This document shows positions 43,966 through 53,802 of a DNA stretch of 64,000 nucleotides, in pieces (positions within the stretch are counted from its first letter, which is position 1; each line of letters starts with the position of its first letter). The notes beneath the pieces were generated by a model. That model was not told where the DNA came from, searched no databases, and was given only the letters and a program-made list of their open reading frames with translations. The DNA is from a virus: positions 9,733 to 73,732 of IMG/VR virus record IMGVR_UViG_3300032030_000058; one strand, written 5' to 3'. Both the position numbers and the translations under genes were made by a program.

Positions 43966-44412
43966 TTAAAAGAATCCATAATTGCTGCCGTTTGGCCAGT
44001 GCCTTCTTCTGTTCTTGATATTGAAGTTTAACAATCCGGCTCTTTGTAAGATTTCGCGGCAACGAATACAAACTTCAACATCTCTTAACACTTTAATTGT
44101 GAAAATCTGTCCCTTTTCATCATCAGTTCCAGAAAATTCACCAAGAGCTTTTAAGCCTTCATTATATGTATATTTGGCTTGCACAATAATAGCATCTTTC
44201 CATTTTTCTAATTGAAATGGCGTCATTCTGTCCCATTTATAATTCCTGAACGATACAGTATCGATCCAATCCATAAGATGGTCTGTGACATCTTCTAAAA
44301 AATCTTCTGCGCTAAGGCTCTCATTAAAAGAACCTTCAAGAGCATCTCTTAAATCAAATCCGCCCTTAGCAGAGTTCTTAAATTCATCAGGAGTTACATA
44401 CACTTTTGCCAT
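43966..44412 (-). CDS. hypothetical protein
   Basis: Start at internal ATG 44410-44412 (MAKVYVTP) after GAGGAA; the annotated upstream extension overlaps the neighbour. Confidence 0.5.
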   Translation of the reverse strand: MAKVYVTPDEFKNSAKGGFDLRDALEGSFNESLSAEDFLEDVTDHLMDWIDTVSFRNYKWDRMTPFQLEKWKDAIIVQAKYTYNEGLKALGEFSGTDDEKGQIFTIKVLRDVEVCIRCREILQRAGLLNFNIKNRRRHWPNGSNYGFF

Positions 44413-44422
44413 AGATTTTTCC

Positions 44423-44713
44423 TCACATTCTATTATATATTTCAGACATAGCATCGGCAAGTAATTTTGAGATATCTGTGTTATACACACCAATACTAAA
44501 TTGCACGAAGAAAATATAAGTCGCATCAGCATCTTCATCAACCATAGTTAGCTGCATAAGGCGAGTTTTTTGCGAGTATCTAATTTCATAATCAGGTAAT
44601 TCTTTGGCTAAATGTTCCAAATATTCCCTAACTTGTTTTTCTTCTTTAACAGTCGCATTCAGATTCTGTTGGTATATCTTCATAATAAATTTCAGGCTCC
44701 TTCCAATAAGCAT
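44423..44713 (-). CDS. hypothetical protein
   Basis: 96 aa ORF. Confidence 0.45.
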   Translation of the reverse strand: MLIGRSLKFIMKIYQQNLNATVKEEKQVREYLEHLAKELPDYEIRYSQKTRLMQLTMVDEDADATYIFFVQFSIGVYNTDISKLLADAMSEIYNRM

Positions 44714-45083
44714 TTAAATAGTTCGGGAACGGTTCCGCTAAATACCATCCCACAACCGGTTCTTTTACATATTTACACGCTTCCCAGTATATATCACTGT
44801 CTTTTGTGATTTCAATTGGTATAGTTCGATCAGCAAGCGGAAACACTTCAAATGTGGATTTTAATCGATTATTATTCTCTTTAACGAAAAACGGATTTTT
44901 AGACAAGGAAAGATTTTCATCGACTATTATTCCGTCCTTATATCGTTTTGTGGCTAATTCGACAAGAAAAACGCTATTACGTGTAACGCGGCATACTTCA
45001 AAAATAACTTTTATGCCCGCGAAACACAATATATAAATATCTTGCGTATATACACGATATTGATTTGTAATCACTTCTTTCAT
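44646..45083 (-). CDS. hypothetical protein
   Basis: 145 aa ORF. Confidence 0.45.
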   Translation of the reverse strand: MKEVITNQYRVYTQDIYILCFAGIKVIFEVCRVTRNSVFLVELATKRYKDGIIVDENLSLSKNPFFVKENNNRLKSTFEVFPLADRTIPIEITKDSDIYWEACKYVKEPVVGWYLAEPFPNYLNAYWKEPEIYYEDIPTESECDC

Positions 45084-45310
45084 ATTCCTATCTTTAACTG
45101 ATAATCTGTTACGACTATGCGTTTAATTTTTTTGTTCTTTAAATCCTCAGCGATTAAATTATACCATATTGATTTGAAAAATAATTCACCGGTTTCATCA
45201 TCGTATATAGTTAATTTTGTAGCGCCGTTTTCTAATGTATCAATAAGGTCCTTAATAGTCATATTATTTTCCAGTGGAACCAAATCCGCCTTCTCCTCGC
45301 TCTTCGCCAA
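45080..45310 (-). CDS. hypothetical protein
   Basis: 76 aa ORF. Confidence 0.45.
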   Translation of the reverse strand: MAKSEEKADLVPLENNMTIKDLIDTLENGATKLTIYDDETGELFFKSIWYNLIAEDLKNKKIKRIVVTDYQLKIGI

Positions 45311-45701
45311 GTTCCAAAACTGGTTCAGCTAGAACGACTGGCTCGACAACAATTTGGCAAATCTTGTCGCCACGTTTGAAATCATATCTATTATTTGTTG
45401 TGTTGATAAAATACGCTTTGATTTCGCCGCGATAACCACTATCAATTGTTCCAATCTGAGTTATAATTCCTTTTATATTCATACTAGAACGTGGACGGAT
45501 GGTGGCCATATAACCATCAGGAACCTCTAATCCAAAGCCTAACGGAAATAATAGCTGGTTATATTGTGTGAGTCCATATGTAGTATCTAATGGATTTAAG
45601 GCAAAATCCTCTTGTGCAAAGCAATCAATACCAGCATCGTTATAATGTGCTCTAACTGGTGGAATTAAGTCTTCTCTAAATTTAATTAATTTGATTTTCA
45701 T
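45264..45701 (-). CDS. dut: dUTP diphosphatase (dUTPase)
   Basis: AGIDCFA, RPRSSMNIKG, GTIDSGYRGE, ERGEGGFGSTG motifs. Confidence 0.9.
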   Translation of the reverse strand: MKIKLIKFREDLIPPVRAHYNDAGIDCFAQEDFALNPLDTTYGLTQYNQLLFPLGFGLEVPDGYMATIRPRSSMNIKGIITQIGTIDSGYRGEIKAYFINTTNNRYDFKRGDKICQIVVEPVVLAEPVLELGEERGEGGFGSTGK

Positions 45702-45704
45702 ATT

Positions 45705-45896
45705 TTATTCTCCGATCTTTTCTGTTACGTATTCATATTCCATACTTTGTCTAATTGTTTTTTTGCAATATGGACAAATCATATATTCCATGTCCCTAAA
45801 GCCAGGAATTTGTTCTTCTTCGTATACCCTAAATTTTTTATTACATTTGGGGCAAATCTCAATATAACTGAAATTGTTAATGTCTTTTAAGTTCAT
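45705..45896 (-). CDS. zinc-ribbon protein
   Basis: CPKCNKKF...CPYCKK. Confidence 0.5.
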   Translation of the reverse strand: MNLKDINNFSYIEICPKCNKKFRVYEEEQIPGFRDMEYMICPYCKKTIRQSMEYEYVTEKIGE

Positions 45897-46062
45897 TTTT
45901 TAGCTCCTTATGATTATTACACACATCACAGAAATTAAACCTCAAACAAGCGCTGCAACATCTCACATGTCGCTTTTTTTGACAAAGTTCTATTTCTCTT
46001 CTTAAAGATTCCAATAGCTCATATTCATCTAAACTCATTTCTCGTATTCTCCCTTTATGCAA
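45877..46062 (-). CDS. Cys-rich small protein
   Basis: CCSACLRFNFCDVCNNH. Confidence 0.45.
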   Translation of the reverse strand: MHKGRIREMSLDEYELLESLRREIELCQKKRHVRCCSACLRFNFCDVCNNHKELKNELKRH

Positions 46063-46244
46063 TTGTATTTTGTGCTAAAAAAATTATTTAATTTAATTTC
46101 TATGGTTCTTAAATTGCGCCCTTCGTCGGATCCTTCCACAAAATTATCGAAAGCATCGCACAATAACGCTATTAATAACCCTGCATGCCAGTCGCCTAGC
46201 ATTTCTTCTAGATGCTTATACATCTTTTTTACACCTTTTTTCAT
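46035..46244 (-). CDS. hypothetical protein
   Basis: 69 aa ORF. Confidence 0.45.
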   Translation of the reverse strand: MKKGVKKMYKHLEEMLGDWHAGLLIALLCDAFDNFVEGSDEGRNLRTIEIKLNNFFSTKYNCIKGEYEK

Positions 46245-46245
46245 A

Positions 46246-46479
46246 TTACCATTTAAACCCCAATTTCTTTCCTTGCCTTCTCATATGATGTAATCTCACT
46301 TTTGAAATTGTGGTTCCTCCTTCCTCTATCTTTTTTAATGTGATGTCTTTAATTGACATTTCTTCATAATTATAAATATTTTGAAGAATGTATTTGGGCC
46401 TTTCATAACGGATAACTTTCCATCGCCCATCATAAATTTTTCCGATTCTTTTGTTTGCCATATTGTTTATGCCTTTCAA
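46246..46479 (-). CDS. hypothetical protein
   Basis: 77 aa ORF. Confidence 0.45.
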   Translation of the reverse strand: MKGINNMANKRIGKIYDGRWKVIRYERPKYILQNIYNYEEMSIKDITLKKIEEGGTTISKVRLHHMRRQGKKLGFKW

Positions 46480-46586
46480 AATAAGTTAAGTCAAGCAATC
46501 CTGCTATAACATAAATAAGAAATATAATTGGAAATAAAATGATGCAAATTGTGATATATAGGACTATTTCCAATAACTCTGGCACA

Positions 46587-46871
46587 TCATTTCACCTCCG
46601 TCCATTTTTCTTCGATTAAATTTCCAATTGCTCCGACTTTGAAACCATCAATTCTTATACGAGCAAATTTGCGTGGCAATTCTTCCCATGAACGAACTTC
46701 GAGAACATTAAGTATATCTTTTATTAAGGAAACATCTAAAAGAATAACATCATTAGTTTTTATGTTTTGCCACTCATTGCTATCTTTATATTCGAAACCT
46801 AAATAAGCGACAAGGGCTCCAGATTCATCTACCCCTAAAAAGCTATATTTAATTTTTGCGTTTTTAATCAT
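46587..46871 (-). CDS. hypothetical protein
   Basis: 94 aa ORF. Confidence 0.45.
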   Translation of the reverse strand: MIKNAKIKYSFLGVDESGALVAYLGFEYKDSNEWQNIKTNDVILLDVSLIKDILNVLEVRSWEELPRKFARIRIDGFKVGAIGNLIEEKWTEVK

Positions 46872-46886
46872 AACAATAAACCTTCT

Positions 46887-47222
46887 TTAAATAGTAAGTA
46901 ACCAATCTGCTCTAGACCAGCCACCATCCCAATCAATGCGTTTCACGACTGCATTAGCAATATGTGGTGGAAATTTGAATTCAATAGGATTTCTTTTGCC
47001 ATCAACATATCTTCCATCACAATATTCAACCTCTGGATCGCCAAATACTGTTTCAGGAGCAGCAATACCAATATAGCCCCATTCGCCTTTATTAGAAATA
47101 ATATAATCACACAACTCTTGAACGGTTACTGGTTTAATTGCTACATAAATATCATGAGAACAACAATCGCCACGTACCGGACCGCAAAATGTTTGTTTGA
47201 ATGCTTCATTTAAATTGTTCAT
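46887..47222 (-). CDS. hypothetical protein
   Basis: 111 aa ORF. Confidence 0.45.
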   Translation of the reverse strand: MNNLNEAFKQTFCGPVRGDCCSHDIYVAIKPVTVQELCDYIISNKGEWGYIGIAAPETVFGDPEVEYCDGRYVDGKRNPIEFKFPPHIANAVVKRIDWDGGWSRADWLLTI

Positions 47223-47226
47223 ATTC

Positions 47227-48624
47227 TTATCTCCTTTTGAGCCATCCAGCTCGTTTTTTATATTTTCCTATGCAATACGGGAAATTGATGTCCACGTAAT
47301 CATATACTTCTGGTTCTGGTTTCCCTTCACATACTCGTTCGATTCGACCCACACTCTGAATCGTATCAACTTTGTTGCTGTTCAACATCGCCCAGTGTAA
47401 GCAACTTAATTCTTTTATATCAAGTCCTTCTTTAGTTAATGCGTAGGAACCAACAATGACGTTATAGTCTACTAATCGATTAAGAATCTCAACTCTTTTT
47501 TTCTTTGTGACTTTTCCGACTAGTAACACACTTTTTATGCCTCGATCAAGAAGCATTTGATGGAGTGTTTCACAATGTTCAACTCGTTGACACAGCACGA
47601 TTTGTTTTTTGTGCGTTTTCAGCGTTTTTATAACATTCTCGACTATTTGTTCGTTTCGCTTTGTATTGTGTCCTAAATAGTCTAAAAGCGTCATATAATT
47701 GAATGTTCCGTCCGCATCTAACACTTCATATGTCCAAGGTGTATCTAAATCGACTCTAATATGTGTGGCTCGAAGCGTGTTAGTCTTACTTTTATCAATT
47801 GTGAACGTGGGTTCAAATTGACCAAGCATATTACACCCTAACGTTGTATACATACTTTTAATCATTGTATCGCTACGTTCTGGCGTAGCACTTAATCCAA
47901 ATTTGTATCGCGCTGGTATTTTCTCAATGACCTTAACGAACATTTTTCTAAGAGTAGGACTACCAGCACATTTATGACACTCGTCACAGACCACAACATC
48001 AAACAAGTCCTTATAATAATCTTCTTCTACATCAACTAATGTTTGAATAGTGGACACTGTAATTCCGTTTGTGACCATGTTCAGTTTTCCTTCGGTAATT
48101 GTACCTACTGGAATATCAGGATATAATAGATGGATTCTATCCACCGTCTGCCTTAGCAAATCTCCTGTATGACATAGCCATAATGCGTTATGACCTATTC
48201 TTTTAATGATTTCAATACCACAATTGGTTTTGCCAGAACCAGCTGCGGCTTCTAATACACCGCCTTTGGCAACAATCATTTTTTGTACAGCTTGTTCTTG
48301 ATAATCAAATAGTGGCATGCTTATTTTCATGTTTTGGTCAAGAACAACACCGTTGTCGTTCAGTTTCAATTCAATATCAGAATTTTTAATGAACGGCCAA
48401 ATCGCATATAATACTCCAAACGGAAGAATTAATCTGGCCATACCATAATTCACGAATAGTTTCATTTCTTGTGGAATATGATAACGCGCAATTTGATCTT
48501 GTTTGCCTAATCTAGTTAATGTTTGCCATTCTGGATTGGTGACAATTAAATTTTGCACACACCAAGAATATAATTCAGTTGAAGGACTATCTATTGTGAT
48601 TCTATTACTAACCAATACTTTCAT
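47227..48624 (-). CDS. SF2 DEAD/DEAH-box helicase
   Basis: Motif I AAGSGKT, motif II CDECH, motif III SAT. Confidence 0.8.
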   Translation of the reverse strand: MKVLVSNRITIDSPSTELYSWCVQNLIVTNPEWQTLTRLGKQDQIARYHIPQEMKLFVNYGMARLILPFGVLYAIWPFIKNSDIELKLNDNGVVLDQNMKISMPLFDYQEQAVQKMIVAKGGVLEAAAGSGKTNCGIEIIKRIGHNALWLCHTGDLLRQTVDRIHLLYPDIPVGTITEGKLNMVTNGITVSTIQTLVDVEEDYYKDLFDVVVCDECHKCAGSPTLRKMFVKVIEKIPARYKFGLSATPERSDTMIKSMYTTLGCNMLGQFEPTFTIDKSKTNTLRATHIRVDLDTPWTYEVLDADGTFNYMTLLDYLGHNTKRNEQIVENVIKTLKTHKKQIVLCQRVEHCETLHQMLLDRGIKSVLLVGKVTKKKRVEILNRLVDYNVIVGSYALTKEGLDIKELSCLHWAMLNSNKVDTIQSVGRIERVCEGKPEPEVYDYVDINFPYCIGKYKKRAGWLKRR

Positions 48625-49015
48625 TGATCATGTCCTCCAACAATTTTAATTCACTAATGTTTACGCTTTTTTTATTGGATTTTAGATATTGTTCAAATGG
48701 CATCCAATACCAGTTTTCGTCTCTTTCAAAATAGATGGCGAATCCTACATTTTTAATTCCGGCAAAGTTAGTAGCATAATCCATTGCTGCCATTTGATTG
48801 GGTTCAATTCTTTCGAATGGAAATGATGGTTTTTTTGCAGTGTGCTTCGAATCGATTAAGAACACAACATTATCATTATGGCCTTTTATAGCAATGATAT
48901 CACAAGGCTGTCCATTGATTTTAAGCGGCATGTTATAAACCCAAAATCCGAAATTTCGTAGGAGTTCTGTTAGATTTTTTTCACTTTTTGTTCCAATTTT
49001 AATCTGTTCACCCAT
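48608..49015 (-). CDS. Holliday-junction-resolvase-like PD-(D/E)xK nuclease (Hjc/VRR-NUC-like)
   Basis: GQPCDIIAIKG...VVFLIDSKH resembles the Hjc catalytic core. Confidence 0.45.
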   Translation of the reverse strand: MGEQIKIGTKSEKNLTELLRNFGFWVYNMPLKINGQPCDIIAIKGHNDNVVFLIDSKHTAKKPSFPFERIEPNQMAAMDYATNFAGIKNVGFAIYFERDENWYWMPFEQYLKSNKKSVNISELKLLEDMINESIG

Positions 49016-49021
49016 ATGCTG

Positions 49022-51583
49022 CTACTCCCCAAAAATAAATCCTTTATTATCTGTGGCCAGCTTTAGACCAACATATACTTCGCCTTCGTTTCGGTCCTTT
49101 CTCACCGGATAGCCTTTTTTAGGCATTTCCGCTTTGAAACGACGTTCATTATATTGGAACTCACCATTTTCTTTACACCAGTTCTTATATTCACGATATA
49201 GAATTTGCGTATTAATTTCCATATCAGGATGTGCCACTGTCATATCATTTAAGAAAGCCACAATAACATCGAGTTCTTTCTTATAATCGATCAATGCTTC
49301 ATCCAAACATTTTGGTGTAGGAATGTTGTCTTTATAATCATTATGTAATTTTACTGCGCCTTTAATCATCCATCCTAGGATTTGAGCACGTTCAGCATAA
49401 AGTTTTTTAGGCATTGTGACATCTTTGTCTTTGCCTTTAAATTTATTAAGGAAAGGAATGAAATAAATTCTTCTCCAGGTACCATCATCGGTTGCACGAA
49501 TGATTGGTTTGTTATTTGTGGACATCCATGGGTTAAATGTTGGTAGGAAATCGTAAGAATCACCGAATTTCTTTTGAGCAGTAATCTTTTCACCAGATAA
49601 CATTTGTTTGAAATAGACTTCATCTAGTTTTTGACCTTCAGCGGTTTCGGATGTAGTAATTGCACGTTTACCGGCCAAAGCATTCAAAGAGAATTCTTTT
49701 GATTGAACAGATGTATTTCCTTTTGAAACAAGCATTTCACTGCTCATAGATGTGGCATAATCGCCGAAACAGTCACTAAATACTTTAATAAATGTTGATT
49801 TACCATTACTACCATTTCCATAAAGAATAAACATACGGTCTTTATTTGTTCTACCAGTTAGAGATTCACCTAAAGCCATTTGCACGACCTCGATAATTTC
49901 CTCAGTTTCTTCTGGATTGTCTCTTTTAAATATATCGTGTAAAAATTTCATCCAAACTTTTGGTTCATCAAAACTGACACCACAATTTGTATTTCTAGAT
50001 AACATATATTTCTTATCAAAAGGATATACTTCACCAGTGTAGAGATTAACCACACCGCTCTCAGTATTTAACAGTTCTTCTTGTCTATCAAAGTTGCTGT
50101 TTTTCACTGGAATATCATGAAGAGCCTGTAATTCACTAATCATGGCATTTTTTCCGTTAGTATTTGAAACACGTTGCAAATTCTTTTCTTGTGCTTTTAA
50201 TAATTCATCTAATTTCTTTGGATCTTCTTTAGATTCTTCGCCTTGTCTAATAGCTTCTTCTAATTTACGACGAGTATTAAAAATTTCACTCTTTAATATT
50301 TCAATTAGTTTATTCGCGTATTTTCTCACGCAACTTGGCATGTTTCTAGCCCAGGTTTTACCGGTCCAAAACATAAACGATTTATCATCCTCATTATATT
50401 TAAAATATTCGCCAAAATAGTCATAAAAACGTTCAGCATTTCCAGTATCATTTAATGGATAATGTTTGAAAATGAGATTAGTCGTATCAATGATTGGATC
50501 GCCACGTTCATCAAATTCTACGATAGCGGTTTGCGATTGAATCACGTTAACAACATTTTCCGTATTACCGCTCACAATAGGAACAGTTTTACTTGTGGTA
50601 ATAACTTCTTTTGGACTTGGATGATAAACATCTCTTTGGCTGGAAGTGGCTAATTCAATAGTTTGACTTCCGTATGTGCCGGAAGATAACGAAATCCCGT
50701 TTCTATTCGTTGCGTTTCGTTTTTGGTCCCATTTTTCACGAATCAATTTACTTCTTCTAAAAATACGGTCCATTTGCATTTTATCGCACCCAGTCCAGAA
50801 AGCTAAATATTGGCATAATGCAGCATCGGCACGACTGTGGTCGTCACCATATGCGGACATATCGCCATTAAATAATCTAAAGAAATCGTTGGCACTTGGA
50901 CTATGCTCGATTGCATCTAAAACTTCATCATCGCTTAAAGAAACGACTGGTGAAGATGAAATGTTACGAGGAGCACTACTACCAAACGCAAAACCTTCGA
51001 AATCATCATCAACTGGCGTGTATCGTTCAGTTTCTTCTTGCTTTAAGTATTTTTCCCATAAGTCTGCCAATTCCTCTTCACGATCCATGACAGGCATAGG
51101 TTTTACGACATTTCCAGTAACAGTAAAGAAACGACCAGTGCTATAAACTTCAATATTATCTTTACGACATCTACCATCAGGTTTTTTGCCTTTAATGATG
51201 ATATGAATACCTTTTCCACTTGGAGATAATTCTGTGTAAGAATTTAAAGTTTCAATAAATTCAGTGGCGATTTGCTTGAAATCTTCTTCTCCATGGTTGT
51301 CTAAGTCAATTCCAGAAATGAATGTGTTATCTTCTGGATTTTGGCCTAAACAAAAACCAAGACCATCAAAATGATATTTCACACAGCCCAGCATAGCAAC
51401 CCTAAATGATGTCCATGAATGTGGATCGGTGGAGCTGCCGTATTGACCTGTAATAGCATTAAATGGAACCTTGGTTGTTTTTCCATCTTTTTGTAATAAT
51501 TTAAAGCCAATCCATCTACGGAGATTTTTCATTTCCTGTGGTATTTTGGCATATTGAGTTTCTAGTTCTTCTAATGTTTTCAT
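49022..51583 (-). CDS. DNA primase/helicase (primase-polymerase N-terminal domain fused to D5-like SF3 helicase)
   Basis: C-terminal Walker A ILYGNGSNGKSTF and D5_N-like region; N-terminal ~300 aa prim-pol-like domain. Confidence 0.75.
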   Translation of the reverse strand: MKTLEELETQYAKIPQEMKNLRRWIGFKLLQKDGKTTKVPFNAITGQYGSSTDPHSWTSFRVAMLGCVKYHFDGLGFCLGQNPEDNTFISGIDLDNHGEEDFKQIATEFIETLNSYTELSPSGKGIHIIIKGKKPDGRCRKDNIEVYSTGRFFTVTGNVVKPMPVMDREEELADLWEKYLKQEETERYTPVDDDFEGFAFGSSAPRNISSSPVVSLSDDEVLDAIEHSPSANDFFRLFNGDMSAYGDDHSRADAALCQYLAFWTGCDKMQMDRIFRRSKLIREKWDQKRNATNRNGISLSSGTYGSQTIELATSSQRDVYHPSPKEVITTSKTVPIVSGNTENVVNVIQSQTAIVEFDERGDPIIDTTNLIFKHYPLNDTGNAERFYDYFGEYFKYNEDDKSFMFWTGKTWARNMPSCVRKYANKLIEILKSEIFNTRRKLEEAIRQGEESKEDPKKLDELLKAQEKNLQRVSNTNGKNAMISELQALHDIPVKNSNFDRQEELLNTESGVVNLYTGEVYPFDKKYMLSRNTNCGVSFDEPKVWMKFLHDIFKRDNPEETEEIIEVVQMALGESLTGRTNKDRMFILYGNGSNGKSTFIKVFSDCFGDYATSMSSEMLVSKGNTSVQSKEFSLNALAGKRAITTSETAEGQKLDEVYFKQMLSGEKITAQKKFGDSYDFLPTFNPWMSTNNKPIIRATDDGTWRRIYFIPFLNKFKGKDKDVTMPKKLYAERAQILGWMIKGAVKLHNDYKDNIPTPKCLDEALIDYKKELDVIVAFLNDMTVAHPDMEINTQILYREYKNWCKENGEFQYNERRFKAEMPKKGYPVRKDRNEGEVYVGLKLATDNKGFIFGE

Positions 51584-51623
51584 GTGTCTGTTTCCTTTTT
51601 TGTTAGGTTGTAATTTAATTATT

Positions 51624-51699
51624 TGGCAACGATGCCTGGGCTCGAACCAGGGAATATTAGAGTCAAAGTCTAATGCCTTACCAACTTGGCTACATCGTT
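51624..51699 (-). tRNA. tRNA-Gln (anticodon UUG)
   Basis: 76 nt; acceptor AACGATG/CATCGTT, anticodon stem TTAGA/TCTAA with loop CTTTGAC, T-arm CCTGG-TTCGAGC-CCAGG, encoded CCA. Confidence 0.85.
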
Positions 51700-51786
51700 A
51701 TAATGATGGCGAAGTTACCCAATTACCGACTTTCATAGAACTAATTAGCGTTCTCCAGTTTTCATCGCTTCGCCTGGGATAAATTT

Positions 51787-51873
51787 TGGCGGAAAGCCAG
51801 GGACTCGAACCCTGAATGCCTTTCGGCACAACGGTTTTCAAGACCGCCTGAATACCAATTATCACAGCCCTCC
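51787..51873 (-). tRNA. tRNA-Ser (anticodon UGA), class II
   Basis: 87 nt; anticodon loop CTTGAAA, long variable arm GCCGAAAGGC, T-arm CAGGG-TTCGAGT-CCCTG, encoded CCA. Confidence 0.8.
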
Positions 51874-51874
51874 G

Positions 51875-51962
51875 TGGCGGAAGGTATAGGATTCGAACCT
51901 ATGCGCCCATCGGGCCTAGCGATTTAGCAAACCGCCCCCTTCAGCCAACTTGGGTAACCTTC
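51875..51962 (-). tRNA. tRNA-Ser (anticodon GCU), class II
   Basis: 88 nt; perfect acceptor GGAAGGT/ACCTTCC, anticodon loop TTGCTAA, long variable arm, T-arm ATAGG-TTCGAAT-CCTAT, CCA. Confidence 0.8.
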
Positions 51963-51965
51963 CGT

Positions 51966-52227
51966 AACGTTATATCACCAGATGAACGACTCCTGGATCT
52001 CAGACTTGAACTTGCGCAATTTGTTCGCGTAGTATGGCAGCTCACTTTCCACCTTGATATAACGGCATGTTTATAGAGCCATCTGCTTTGCTCTTTTATT
52101 TACCCGCCATAGAATCGCGCAGGATAACCCTGGGCCTTTATTCTAAACGGGGCGGCGCCATTACGGGGCCTCTAAAACTATGTTGACGGAGTATTTATAG
52201 CGCATACCCTAACGAGTGACGTTATAT
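51966..52227. other. GC-richer structured non-coding region next to the tRNA cluster, bounded by direct repeats GT(A/G)ACGTTATAT
   Basis: Direct repeats at 51963-51974 and 52216-52227; internal 10 bp inverted repeat GTTATATCAC/TTGATATAAC; no ORF. Confidence 0.35.
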
Positions 52228-52276
52228 TTTTTAAGCCTAACTGGGCCCACTGGTCAACCTCAGTGTATTTTATTAA

Positions 52277-52813
52277 TTAGAATGGTAATGAATCATCGCT
52301 AATTTCAATCGAGTCTAAGTTTTTGCCTTCGACACCATCAGCGACTTTTTGCATTTTTGGATGGGTAGTGTTCCATTTTGATTCTGTGAATGAATTTCCA
52401 TCCACATCATTACCAGGTTTTCCACCATCGACAGCTTCTCTCACTGTGGCAGTTAATCTAAATTCTCTGCCCATGAGATATTGCAACACTTCATCAAATT
52501 CTTTGCCAAATCTTTCTCTGTAATCTGGGCAATTTTTTGTTGCGACTAATAATTGATTAATGAAGTAATAGTTGAACGCTCTGTCGCCATCTTTTCTTGT
52601 AATGGTATACCACAAGTAGCGGCCTCTGAATTTTTGTTCAACATCTTCTCTAATTTTGAGTTTGAACTCTAATTGTTCTTTTCCAGTAGATGTAGTTTTA
52701 TATCTATATGAAACAATTGTGACTTCATATTCTCCTTCATCAACTGGGGTGAATTCTAGTTTAGGAGCAGCATCTCCAAACAGTAATTCTTCGTTTTCAT
52801 TAATTTCTGGCAT
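52277..52813 (-). CDS. single-stranded DNA-binding protein-like (acidic DDSLPF tail)
   Basis: C-terminal ISDDSLPF resembles the SSB DDDIPF tail; located in the replication/recombination module. Confidence 0.45.
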   Translation of the reverse strand: MPEINENEELLFGDAAPKLEFTPVDEGEYEVTIVSYRYKTTSTGKEQLEFKLKIREDVEQKFRGRYLWYTITRKDGDRAFNYYFINQLLVATKNCPDYRERFGKEFDEVLQYLMGREFRLTATVREAVDGGKPGNDVDGNSFTESKWNTTHPKMQKVADGVEGKNLDSIEISDDSLPF

Positions 52814-52825
52814 GTTTCTTTCCTC

Positions 52826-53314
52826 CTATTTTTTTGCCTTAATGTAATGAGCCTTTTTTTGGACTATCTTTTTATAAAATGTAGCATGGCCGAATAGTTT
52901 TCGGCAGATAGCTAATGATACACCAACCGCTGGATCGAAATCATCATCCAGGCTACATTTAATAACTTCTTTTGTGTCGTCCGAAAATTGAACAACAATA
53001 ACTTTCTTTTCTTGGTCGACAAATACAGTTTTAATGATATTGTCGGAAACTTTAAATAATGTATTTTTGATAGGTTGTGGCTGTGGGCCTTTTTGTGCTT
53101 TTGATATGTATGTTTCCGCTGCATCATAATATGCTTTTTGCACATCTTCATATGAGCAGCAAGATGATACATCAACTTTTGCAGTCATGTTACTAAAAGG
53201 GCCAATGAGTTTCAATTTCACATCCATGGTTCCATCCACGTTGTATGAAAAATCATACTCTGTAATTAAATTTTCTTTAACTAATCTTTCGACTTCGTCT
53301 GATACCATACTCAT
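52826..53314 (-). CDS. hypothetical protein
   Basis: 162 aa ORF. Confidence 0.5.
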   Translation of the reverse strand: MSMVSDEVERLVKENLITEYDFSYNVDGTMDVKLKLIGPFSNMTAKVDVSSCCSYEDVQKAYYDAAETYISKAQKGPQPQPIKNTLFKVSDNIIKTVFVDQEKKVIVVQFSDDTKEVIKCSLDDDFDPAVGVSLAICRKLFGHATFYKKIVQKKAHYIKAKK

Positions 53315-53799
53315 TTTAACACATCAACTCCTTTTAAGTCCTTGTCTTTACATTCCTTAGAACAATAAGCGTAACCGTATTTTTGGATGGAACGTAAATA
53401 TGTGTTCATATCAATTTCCTTGCCGCATACGGAACATTTAAGTTCTGGAATGAATTTTCTAATTCTAATACATGGAACAACCTCGCCAAATGCTTTTGTG
53501 GTTGTGACATATAATTGAATTTTTTTGCCGACTAATTTATCAGCAGTCACAGCTCCATAAATTTTTTCTATGGTTTCAATGTTAATATTGTTAAGGCCTA
53601 ATTGTCTATCAATTTCTTCAAAATAAACAATTGGTCTAACATCGAATGTGCCGTCTTTTGGATTCTCAATTTTTTCTTCTTGGATGGCTTTGATGGTTAA
53701 AACTTTATCAAGTTCGTCCTCAAACATTTCCGCGATTAAAAATCTCTTATCCATCATGTCTTTTAATCTTTTGTGTGGTGTTTTTAATTCTTCTGACAT
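53311..53799 (-). CDS. hypothetical protein (Cys cluster near C-terminus)
   Basis: 162 aa; CSVCGKE...CSKEC. Confidence 0.5.
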   Translation of the reverse strand: MSEELKTPHKRLKDMMDKRFLIAEMFEDELDKVLTIKAIQEEKIENPKDGTFDVRPIVYFEEIDRQLGLNNINIETIEKIYGAVTADKLVGKKIQLYVTTTKAFGEVVPCIRIRKFIPELKCSVCGKEIDMNTYLRSIQKYGYAYCSKECKDKDLKGVDVLK

Positions 53800-53802
53800 A
53801 TT

